A stretch of DNA of 63,938 nucleotides from a virus (Duplodnaviria; Caudoviricetes), in the IMG/VR virus record IMGVR_UViG_3300023174_000167, positions 1-63,938 of that record; one strand, written 5' to 3'. This document shows positions 8,956-16,732 of this stretch, in pieces (the first letter of the stretch is position 1; each line of letters starts with the position of its first letter). Made by a program: the position numbers and the translations under genes. The notes below the pieces were generated by a model. The model saw nothing but the letters and a program-made list of their open reading frames with translations, searched no databases and was not told the DNA's origin.

Positions 8956-9562
8956 GGTGGTTTACTCGCTTTCTTTCTTTAATTGTAGCAGCAGGGACTG
9001 ACTTTTCTTTCTGTTGTATTTCTTTTTGCTAGGCACCGATGAGGCAGCATTACTTCGGCGCAGCTCTAAGAGTCGCCTTAATTCCTCTGGTGTTTTTTTC
9101 ATATAATAATCTTAGCAAACTTTGGGCAAAAATACAACTCATCTTAATTAGTACAATTCGGACAATTTGCCCGGCCTTGCTAATCAGTATTAAACATTTT
9201 TAACAACTCATCAATTTGTTCATTAGTTAAATGATCAAGTTGAATTGCTTTTTCAAAACCAAATAAATCTTTTTCCATTTTACAAATCTCCCATCTCAGC
9301 ATCAGCCATGCGTGACCACATATAAAATTCAACGGGATCATGATTAGAATAAAAAACGGGATCAGCAGATGAATATCCTTTAGCACAAATAGTGCAGATA
9401 GAATAGTTAGTGCAGTAGCAGGAGTTAATATCGTTCATTAGACGACCTTTCGTTTTGGATTATTCTAATCCTAGCAGACTCAACTGACAAATGCAAGATT
9501 TGGGGGGGTTTTAATAGGGTACGTAATTGTGATCTTAGTCACACAGCCCGGCCCCGCTCCAG

Positions 9563-9802
9563 CTATTCTGTTTCTATATAAACATATAGATCAACATATG
9601 TATCGTGACTTATTGTTGCTACGTCCCGCTCACCATATGCATCGGCATATTCAATAAAATAGTTATCGCCTGTCGCATCAGAGTCAATAGATATTACCTG
9701 AATGATATCTCCATCATATCCAATTAAATCATCAACCATTAAAGAACCAGGTGTTAACTTATCTGCCCAAACTAGATCCATGCTGTTTATTGTAGCAGTC
9801 AT
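9563..9802 (-). CDS. acidic hypothetical protein
   Basis: 79-aa ORF with GGAGG SD. Confidence 0.7.
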   Translation of the reverse strand: MTATINSMDLVWADKLTPGSLMVDDLIGYDGDIIQVISIDSDATGDNYFIEYADAYGERDVATISHDTYVDLYVYIETE

Positions 9803-9926
9803 TTTATAGCCTCCACAATTACATCATCATAGCCCATTTCAATCCATTCCTGCGCCCAGTACTCTGCATCTCGTCTAGTTAGATAGTTAGAATTAATTTC
9901 ACTACCGCCAACCCAAAGTGTATACA

Positions 9927-10211
9927 TTAGTACTCTTCCTCTGGAAGCCAGAAAGATAGGTGGTGTTGTTCTACAATAGCCCAAGCAGGTGCAGTAGTTT
10001 TATTTTTATACAATATCTGAAAGTCGCCAACCATAGGCATAGCAATTTCACGATCATAGTCCTCTTCATAGTAAGCGTCAATCGCTTCTATGCAAGGCGT
10101 TACCATTTCTGCGGGGACAGGTGGATAGTGATTACCCTTAAGGTGATAAAGTATCTGAGTCTCTAAGTCTAATACTGTTTCCTGTATTCCTAACGCTGTT
10201 ACTGATCCCAT
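9927..10211 (-). CDS. hypothetical protein (HLKGNHYPPVP)
   Basis: 94-aa ORF with SD. Confidence 0.8.
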   Translation of the reverse strand: MGSVTALGIQETVLDLETQILYHLKGNHYPPVPAEMVTPCIEAIDAYYEEDYDREIAMPMVGDFQILYKNKTTAPAWAIVEQHHLSFWLPEEEY

Positions 10212-10686
10212 TACATTTTCCCTTCAATAAAGTCTAGTATTTCATTATAGGTGGTAATTTCTTCTTCTTCATCTGCTACTGAGCGCATGTCTATGATTAC
10301 ATCTATTAGATTATTTAGGTAGTGGTAGTTCATTGTCCCCGTCCAATCCCATTAGTTCCATTTCTTCAGCGTAGTCTAACGCTTCCGATACTTCGGTATT
10401 TATGAATAGCATTTAGTATTCCCCTTCTTCTATGTCTGGAGTCAAGTCTAGTGCAATAACGCACTCTTGGCAAACTGGTCGTTCAAAGCGATAGTCAAAC
10501 TTATCTTCATCTAAGTTTTCTAGGCAGTTCTCACAATAAGTTAATGTATCCATTACTTAACTTCCCAATCTTCTATTACTCCGTCAATAGCGTCCTGTAT
10601 GTCTGTATTAAACACATCTAACTCATCTGCGTTTAGTTCTCTAATAAAATCATTAGTGGGGTTAGAATACCAAGTGATAGGGTTTT

Positions 10687-10908
10687 TCATTTAACAGCCA
10701 CCTCTCCGTTACGATAGAAAGTCTTAGTGTACATCTTACCAATAGGGTCAGACAAGTTATAGGTAGCGTATTCTTTAGCATCTCCATAGTCCTTGCACAA
10801 TTCCCAAACTCTTACGGCTTCTAGCATATCGCTAAAACGGTAAGTATCGTGTAGTTTTCCGTCATAGGAAATAGTTAGTGAGTAAAAGTATTCCATTAGT
10901 CGTTCCAA
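10687..10908 (-). CDS. hypothetical protein
   Basis: ORF in operon of tiny genes. Confidence 0.7.
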   Translation of the reverse strand: MERLMEYFYSLTISYDGKLHDTYRFSDMLEAVRVWELCKDYGDAKEYATYNLSDPIGKMYTKTFYRNGEVAVK

Positions 10909-11305
10909 TCTAAGGTAAGGTTTAGTTCTGAGTCTAACACATCTGCAAAGTCATGGTCAAGTTGGCAAGACCAGCAACGCAATTCATTTACATCTACTTC
11001 ATTTTCGTTACAATCTAAGCAAGTATAAATATCCATTAGTAGTTTTCCCCCATATTCTTTTCTGCTTCCCACTCTTGACGGTGTTCTGCACACATAGTCG
11101 CAGGGCGAGATGATATTAAGTCTATCCCATATTCCTGAGCATAGCAAATATTGCAAGCCAGCCCTTGATCTGCAAGTACTTCCATTAAATTACCCATTTA
11201 GGCATTTCCTTTCTGATTAACTAAGTTAATCCTATCGTACTCCACCGACATTTTTGGGATCTTGGGGGGGGTTTTGCGGTGTGATCTTAACCACACTTAA
11301 TAGCC

Positions 11306-11325
11306 TGTGGATAACCTGTGGACGA
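11306..11325. promoter_or_regulatory. DnaA box plus degenerate second box
   Basis: TGTGGATAA-CC-TGTGGACGA; the first is the reverse complement of TTATCCACA. Confidence 0.65.
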
Positions 11326-11355
11326 CACGCCCGGCTCAGCTTTTAGTTGAAACTT

Positions 11356-11385
11356 CAAGCAGTTTTAAAACTTGCTTAGGTTTTT
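11356..11385 (-). ncRNA. pseudoknot motif copy E
   Basis: AAAAC-C-TAAGCA-A-GTTTT-AAAAC-TGCTTG, 5 nt after the stop of 11390..11569. Confidence 0.65.
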
Positions 11386-11389
11386 TTAT

Positions 11390-11569
11390 TTAGTAAGTGC
11401 TTATCATGCAAGCCTCAAAAAATTTATCTGCTTTGAAGTTTACATTATCCTCTGCAAAAAAAGCAGAGAAGTCATCAACTAAATCGTGATAAGTAAATTC
11501 ATCACCGATTAAATCTTTATAAGATGAAAGAATTTCTGCAACTGCTACATAGTCTTTGCGAGTCATCAT
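11390..11569 (-). CDS. small hypothetical protein (MMTRKDYVAVAEIL...KFFEAC), not in ORF track
   Basis: 59-aa ORF translated by hand, coupled to upstream gene. Confidence 0.8.
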   Translation of the reverse strand: MMTRKDYVAVAEILSSYKDLIGDEFTYHDLVDDFSAFFAEDNVNFKADKFFEACMISTY

Positions 11570-11776
11570 TTATTCTGCCACCTTTAGAATTGCATAAGAA
11601 CCGTTTTCGTTAATTACATCTATTGCAGGCTGAATCATCGGCGCAAGCATTTCTTTTAGCATTGATTCAAGCATATCAATTTGATCAATTTCTGAAAGTG
11701 TAAAGAAGCGTTGCGCTACTGGGTGAGTCTCGTCAAACTCAGTTACGAATTTGAGCGTGTGTTCTACTTTTTTCAT
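11570..11776 (-). CDS. hypothetical protein
   Basis: 68-aa ORF in operon. Confidence 0.75.
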   Translation of the reverse strand: MKKVEHTLKFVTEFDETHPVAQRFFTLSEIDQIDMLESMLKEMLAPMIQPAIDVINENGSYAILKVAE

Positions 11777-11958
11777 TATAGTGTTACCTTTCCACGAAGT
11801 GTGCCTGAAACTCCCAATGAGTCACAGGAAATTTTTACTGATACGCCAACTGGCAGAGTGTTAGGGTAAGTTGAAATAAATTGTGCAACTGCACCCTTTG
11901 ACGGTAGTGAGATTACTTTAACAGTTCCGTTAAAGGTTTCTAGGTTTAATTTATACAT
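11776..11958 (-). CDS. hypothetical protein, paralogue of 14718..14891
   Basis: VKISCDSLGVSGTLRG versus VKITCDLLGIDGYLQG. Confidence 0.8.
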   Translation of the reverse strand: MYKLNLETFNGTVKVISLPSKGAVAQFISTYPNTLPVGVSVKISCDSLGVSGTLRGKVTL

Positions 11959-11979
11959 AAGTTAGTTTCCTACTTTCTT

Positions 11980-12204
11980 TTAGTTGTTTACTTTTACTGC
12001 TACGGTAGCATAAAAATCTGCTTTAGGTAAATCACCTTTTACAAAATCAGGGCGCACTTTGATAGTGTAAGCCTCATAGTTTTCACCGTACCAAATCTCA
12101 GGGCGAGACTCTGCCCATACGATATTGCCCTCAGTATTACGAGAATCAGAGCGATAGCGTTTTCCGTCAAGCAGATCAACGATAGAGTATTTTTTAGTTG
12201 CCAT
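11980..12204 (-). CDS. hypothetical protein
   Basis: Start MATKKYS with AAAGGA SD and promoter. Confidence 0.75.
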   Translation of the reverse strand: MATKKYSIVDLLDGKRYRSDSRNTEGNIVWAESRPEIWYGENYEAYTIKVRPDFVKGDLPKADFYATVAVKVNN

Positions 12205-12547
12205 TAGTAGCACTTCCTTTTCTTTTCTTTATATAACTATTTTACCAAACATACCTGATAAATACAAATCCAAATTCGGACATATCAGACAATTTAAATG
12301 TGAATTGCGTCACATCTTTTTGCTATTTATTTAATTGTATAGTAGCAATACTAGCAAACATAAACCAAAAAGTCAACACGACACGCCGTAAATCAGGGGA
12401 ATTTTTTATGTGATCTTAACCACACGACACGCCCGACAGCGCCGGGCCGCCTTTCACTCTTTTGAAAATAAATAAATAGAAAATAAAAAACTAATTAGTG
12501 AAAAAAATAAAAGTGCATTACCACTTACAAAAAAAGTTTGATAAAAG

Positions 12548-12748
12548 TTATTCATTCTCATCCTCCATTTTCATTAGACCATCTTCATAGTCCAGCAACC
12601 CTTGCTGATACATTACGGGATCGCAATTAAAAAGAATTTCTGAAGCGGTAAAAGTAGAGTAACCAATTTTAACGCTAGGGTAACACTCATCAAGTAGAGC
12701 GTCATAGCCTTCCTTCATTTCTATTTCTTTTTCTAATTCTGTTTTCAT
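12548..12748 (-). CDS. hypothetical protein (LDECYP...EILFNCDP)
   Basis: 66-aa ORF with SD. Confidence 0.75.
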   Translation of the reverse strand: MKTELEKEIEMKEGYDALLDECYPSVKIGYSTFTASEILFNCDPVMYQQGLLDYEDGLMKMEDENE

Positions 12749-12905
12749 TAGTTAGTTTCCTTTTCCTGAAAAATTTTATAGATTTCATTTTGTTTTTTAT
12801 CTGAGAGATTAGCCCAGATGTAGCCTAGCAAATAGTGTGAGCCAGTAATTTCGTTATTACCTTTTACATTATTTGATAGTGCAACTAGTTTTGATAGATC
12901 AGCCA

Positions 12906-13061
12906 TTATTTAAACTCCTTTTTTAGTTTTTTTGCAACGATAGCATCTGGAGCGCAATACAATTTGCATTGGCAATTCTTTACTCCATTACGATTATTTA
13001 ACATTAAGTGGCGATTATATTGCTGAATATAACCTAAGTTATGAGTAAGCATATTAGTCAT
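12906..13061 (-). CDS. small protein, paralogue of 13469..13615
   Basis: MTNMLTHNLGYIQQYNRHLMLNNRNGVKNCQCKLYC...; hand-translated. Confidence 0.75.
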   Translation of the reverse strand: MTNMLTHNLGYIQQYNRHLMLNNRNGVKNCQCKLYCAPDAIVAKKLKKEFK

Positions 13062-13220
13062 TTATTTAACCTCTACTTCTAGGATAGTCCAACCGCTAGT
13101 AACGGCTGAGTCTAGCATATCATTTATTGCTAACTCACTTTTCATTGGAACTTTAGTAGTGATAGTCTCTACATTTCCGTAGCGACCAATTCTAGTCATT
13201 TTATATTTTAGTGAAAACAT
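13062..13220 (-). CDS. small protein, paralogue of 14267..14452
   Basis: Start MFSLKYK after AGAAAGG; SELAINDMLDSAVTSGWTILE. Confidence 0.75.
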   Translation of the reverse strand: MFSLKYKMTRIGRYGNVETITTKVPMKSELAINDMLDSAVTSGWTILEVEVK

Positions 13221-13420
13221 TTTGTTTTCCTTTCTTTGTTGATAACCTTTATCAACTTTCCTTATACTAGAAAGTATAACAGGGGGGTACGACATCTTGA
13301 GGGGTATAAAACGGTCAATTCGGACATTTGGTACTGTGATCTAGCCCACATTTTTTAGAATAGGGGAATTAAGGCTCTGAGCAGGGCTTTTGTAGAGGGG
13401 GGTAAATGTGATACGTATCA

Positions 13421-13440
13421 TGTGGATAACCTGTGGATAA
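13421..13440. promoter_or_regulatory. two perfect tandem DnaA boxes
   Basis: TGTGGATAA-CC-TGTGGATAA. Confidence 0.75.
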
Positions 13441-13468
13441 ACCCGGAAAAAGTTAGTTGAAAGATCAA

Positions 13469-13615
13469 CTACTTTTTTATTTTATCTATATATTTTGCAT
13501 CACTTGCACAATACAACTTGCATTGGCAATTAGTTAAACCGATACGGTTATTCCATAAGATATGGCGGTTATACTGTTGTATATAGCCTAAGTTATCAGT
13601 GAGTATGTTAGTCAT
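13469..13615 (-). CDS. small protein, paralogue of 12906..13061
   Basis: MTNILTDNLGYIQQYNRHILWNNRIGLTNCQCKLYC...; AGAAAGG SD. Confidence 0.75.
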   Translation of the reverse strand: MTNILTDNLGYIQQYNRHILWNNRIGLTNCQCKLYCASDAKYIDKIKK

Positions 13616-13630
13616 TTATTATCCTTTCTA

Positions 13631-13753
13631 TTACTTACACATTACGCAGATATCGCCTGCGATTAAACCTTGTTTGCAGATATCGCAAGGCTTGTAGCCC
13701 ATTAACTCTGCAAAGACTTTGCTTATTTCTTGTTCAAATATTCTGTTTGTCAT
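13631..13753 (-). CDS. 40-aa CxxC-x9-CxxC protein, first gene of leftward arm
   Basis: MTNRIFEQEISKVFAELMGYKPCDICKQGLIAGDICVMCK; AGAAAGG SD. Confidence 0.8.
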   Translation of the reverse strand: MTNRIFEQEISKVFAELMGYKPCDICKQGLIAGDICVMCK

Positions 13754-14029
13754 TTTATTAACCTTTCTAGTTTAAGGACTTTCCTTAACTTTCTAATACT
13801 GTAAGGATACATGACCAAGCCCCAAAAGTCAAGCCCAAACACGGCGTGTCTAGTGTGATTTACCCCACATGGCCCGGGTGCTCTCAGGAAACTCTCAGGA
13901 TAGATGTGGCAAGGATCACAAAAATAAATTCCGACACGCCCGAGAATAGGGGTCAAAATGTCAGTGGGGGGTGTTATACTTTCCATATAGAAAGTTAGAG
14001 AAGGTCTCTAAATAAGAAAGGGTCAAAAA

Positions 14030-14152
14030 ATGACTAACAGAATATACGAACAAGAAGTCTCTCCAGTATTTGCAGAGCATATGGGATATGTCTCATGTGA
14101 GAAGTGTGGGGGATACCCTATCGCTTCTAGCCCATGCGTTATGTGTAAGTGA
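14030..14152 (+). CDS. 40-aa CxxC-x9-CxxC protein, first gene of rightward arm
   Basis: MTNRIYEQEVSPVFAEHMGYVSCEKCGGYPIASSPCVMCK; AGAAAGG SD. Confidence 0.8.
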   Translation: MTNRIYEQEVSPVFAEHMGYVSCEKCGGYPIASSPCVMCK

Positions 14153-14266
14153 TCTAAATCACACACAGCCTACGGCGTGTCGCCTTGTATTTTAGCGGGG
14201 GATCTGCTAAGATTACATCTATAAAATTAAATAAGAATTAAAACTACTAAAGAAAGGTGGTCTAAA

Positions 14267-14452
14267 ATGACTACACTAAATAAAACACAATATCAACTAA
14301 CTTGGGCAGGAGAAATGCCTAAGTATAACTACACTTCAGGATCTTTCCTAGGTGGTCTATTCAATTCCGAAAAGGCTGCTAACGATTACCTTGACGAAAT
14401 GGTTTCTAAAGGTTGGATAGTGCTAGAGGCTAGCATTAAGGAGATTAACTAA
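14267..14452 (+). CDS. small protein, paralogue of 13062..13220
   Basis: SEKAANDYLDEMVSKGWIVLE; AGAAAGG SD. Confidence 0.8.
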   Translation: MTTLNKTQYQLTWAGEMPKYNYTSGSFLGGLFNSEKAANDYLDEMVSKGWIVLEASIKEIN

Positions 14453-14570
14453 GATGATACACCATGAACTTTTTCTATGCGATAACTGCGATACTCTCGC
14501 CATGATAACCTATACAGGTACAACAATTACAGTTAACCAATGTCTATGCGTTTCTAAGGAGAATAACTAA

Positions 14571-14714
14571 ATGACGATACACTACTCAATCTGGCAAGGC
14601 TCATCGCTAATAGGTGTTCGCACCGCTACTAGTGTTAAAGAAATACTAGACACTATGAAAGAACTAAAGCAACTTGGTATGTTCACACACAACATCTTTA
14701 AAATTGAGGGGTAA
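14571..14714 (+). CDS. small hypothetical protein
   Basis: MTIHYSIWQGSS...; AAGGAG SD; hand-translated. Confidence 0.7.
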   Translation: MTIHYSIWQGSSLIGVRTATSVKEILDTMKELKQLGMFTHNIFKIEG

Positions 14715-14717
14715 CAA

Positions 14718-14891
14718 ATGAAAGTAACACTAACATCTATGCAAGGTAACACAAAAGACATTAACCTCATGAGCAAGAAAGAGGTTTATGATTTCATTAA
14801 GTTGTATAAATTAACATTACTAAAAAACCAGAGAGTTAAGATTACTTGTGATCTGCTTGGCATTGACGGATACTTGCAGGGTGTCTCCTAG
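14718..14891 (+). CDS. small protein, paralogue of 11776..11958
   Basis: MKVTLTSMQGNTKDINL...VKITCDLLGIDGYLQGVS; GAGG SD. Confidence 0.75.
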   Translation: MKVTLTSMQGNTKDINLMSKKEVYDFIKLYKLTLLKNQRVKITCDLLGIDGYLQGVS

Positions 14892-15045
14892 AAATAGGAG
14901 ATCCCCCTAGATACGTGCACACTATTTTTTATGGTTATTTTATTTTAAATCACGTATCATACATCTGATAAAAATATTCAGATTTTGTGAAAAGTGAATT
15001 TTTATAATTTTTCAGATTTGTGCTATACTGAATTAAAGGGGTATC

Positions 15046-15780
15046 ATGATAAATCAAGGTAAAAATGTTCCAGATAACACAATAGCTGTATTCTGTGAAA
15101 ACCAAAACATTGATAAAGACAGACTATCCAACATAGTCTTAAAACCTAAAAAACAAAGAGCATGGTTTACCCCACACTTCTATAACTGCCTTCCACTAAC
15201 AATTGGCAACCAATATGGTTTTATAATAAAAAGCGAATTTACATTTTCTGCAATTTGGAACGGTGGAGACAATCCTGAAGATACTGTATTTAAATTTGAT
15301 CAAGATGTCTCTGATTTCTATCCAAGAGTAGATAGTCATTTTGGCAAGGGAATAATAACAATAAACCCACCATACATATTCAGAACTCCTCCTGGGGTTA
15401 ACCTTATGACCATAAATCCACCTAATGTAGTTTTACCTAATATAACAGTAATGACAGGTGTTGTAGAGTCTGATCACCTAAGACGTAATTTTACCTTTAA
15501 CCTAAAGATACAGCAACCAAATATAGAAATAGTTTTTCCAGCAGGCATACCAATTGCAGCCTTTATACCTATTCCTAAGAACTTTGGGGATGGTTTTAAT
15601 ATGGTTTGGGCAGATGAAATTTTTGATGAAGAAACGGTACTTGAAGAATTACAAGCAAGTATAGATCATGATATTTATAGAGAACACATAGAGCCAACCC
15701 TACCAAATAACATAGGAAGACTTTACTTTAAAGGTTTAGACGTATATGGAAACAAACTTCCAGATCATCAAAAACCATAA
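15046..15780 (+). CDS. DUF6065-like protein
   Basis: YNCLPLTIGNQYG, FRTPPGVNL, TGVVESD motifs. Confidence 0.7.
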   Translation: MINQGKNVPDNTIAVFCENQNIDKDRLSNIVLKPKKQRAWFTPHFYNCLPLTIGNQYGFIIKSEFTFSAIWNGGDNPEDTVFKFDQDVSDFYPRVDSHFGKGIITINPPYIFRTPPGVNLMTINPPNVVLPNITVMTGVVESDHLRRNFTFNLKIQQPNIEIVFPAGIPIAAFIPIPKNFGDGFNMVWADEIFDEETVLEELQASIDHDIYREHIEPTLPNNIGRLYFKGLDVYGNKLPDHQKP

Positions 15781-15781
15781 A

Positions 15782-16534
15782 CTACATATTAAGATATTCT
15801 TCTTCGTATACGTTTTTATTAATTTCGTGTAAAACCTTTTCACGTAATCCAACAGACTTAAATCGTTCATATCTAGATTTTAAGGTTTTGCTAAGTTTAA
15901 AGATATCCGAAGTGGCCATACTTGCATGAGAGTATTTTGTCAATAGCTCTGTTTGTCTATATCTTTTTACTATGATTGGTCTATCTGTCTTAAACTCAGC
16001 ATAGAATAGTGGCTCACCTTCAACAAAGTTTATCTTTCCTTTATCTGACCATGCTTGAATCTCAAAACTATACGGTCTATACCAAGATCCTATGTTAAAA
16101 TTTCCAGGAATAGTGGAACAAGACTCCATATATTTTACTTTATGAAAAAATGGGGAAGTAAAAGAAACTTCTAAACTCTCATCAGCAAAGAAACTATATC
16201 CTAATCCAAGCTTAAAGTTTGGTCCAATAGTAAGCATACGATCTCTGGCGTTATACATCATAATTCCATCACTGTCTTTTAATATTAACTCTTTATTATC
16301 ACCAGAATAGTCATAAGAATATTCAAAACTCATAGGGCAATTAAACACTAAGGTTTTTCTAAATTTTGATAAAGAGGCAGGGCATTGAAAGAGATGATTC
16401 TTACTTTCTTTATCTTTATATTGAAAATAATCGCTAAACAAAGTAGTTGGTTTTGGGTATAAAAAAGACCAGTCTGGAGCAGAGTGATCATCTATATAAG
16501 GAGACCAATATACTGTTATAGGATTTTTATTCAT
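15782..16534 (-). CDS. hypothetical protein (CPA...PGNFNIGSWYRP), possibly related fold to DUF6065
   Basis: 250-aa ORF. Confidence 0.75.
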   Translation of the reverse strand: MNKNPITVYWSPYIDDHSAPDWSFLYPKPTTLFSDYFQYKDKESKNHLFQCPASLSKFRKTLVFNCPMSFEYSYDYSGDNKELILKDSDGIMMYNARDRMLTIGPNFKLGLGYSFFADESLEVSFTSPFFHKVKYMESCSTIPGNFNIGSWYRPYSFEIQAWSDKGKINFVEGEPLFYAEFKTDRPIIVKRYRQTELLTKYSHASMATSDIFKLSKTLKSRYERFKSVGLREKVLHEINKNVYEEEYLNM

Positions 16535-16537
16535 GTT

Positions 16538-16732
16538 TCACCATTTCTGTATCGGACATCTAGCATGTTCTAATTCGGTTTTAAGCTTCATAAAGCAACT
16601 ACATTTCTTACAGCGTTTTGTTTTAGAAAAGAACTCACAACCTTGACATATTTTCAAACGGTATTGAGCCAATTCCTCACTGGCTCTGGGCGAAGAAGGA
16701 TTAAGCCAATCACCAATAGTTACATCCTTCAT
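16538..16732 (-). CDS. DUF6171-like Cys-rich protein
   Basis: RLKICQGC...RCKKCSCFMKLK...CPIQKW. Confidence 0.75.
   Translation of the reverse strand: MKDVTIGDWLNPSSPRASEELAQYRLKICQGCEFFSKTKRCKKCSCFMKLKTELEHARCPIQKW

Noticed and set aside
13750-13986. 78-aa minus-strand ORF
   Set aside because: Spans the divergent promoter and motif block; no SD; real genes start at 13753 and 14030
7100-14200. Possible CRISPR or mini-array from recurring intergenic repeats
   Set aside because: Repeats are short, degenerate and separated by genes, with no regular repeat-spacer period and no cas genes
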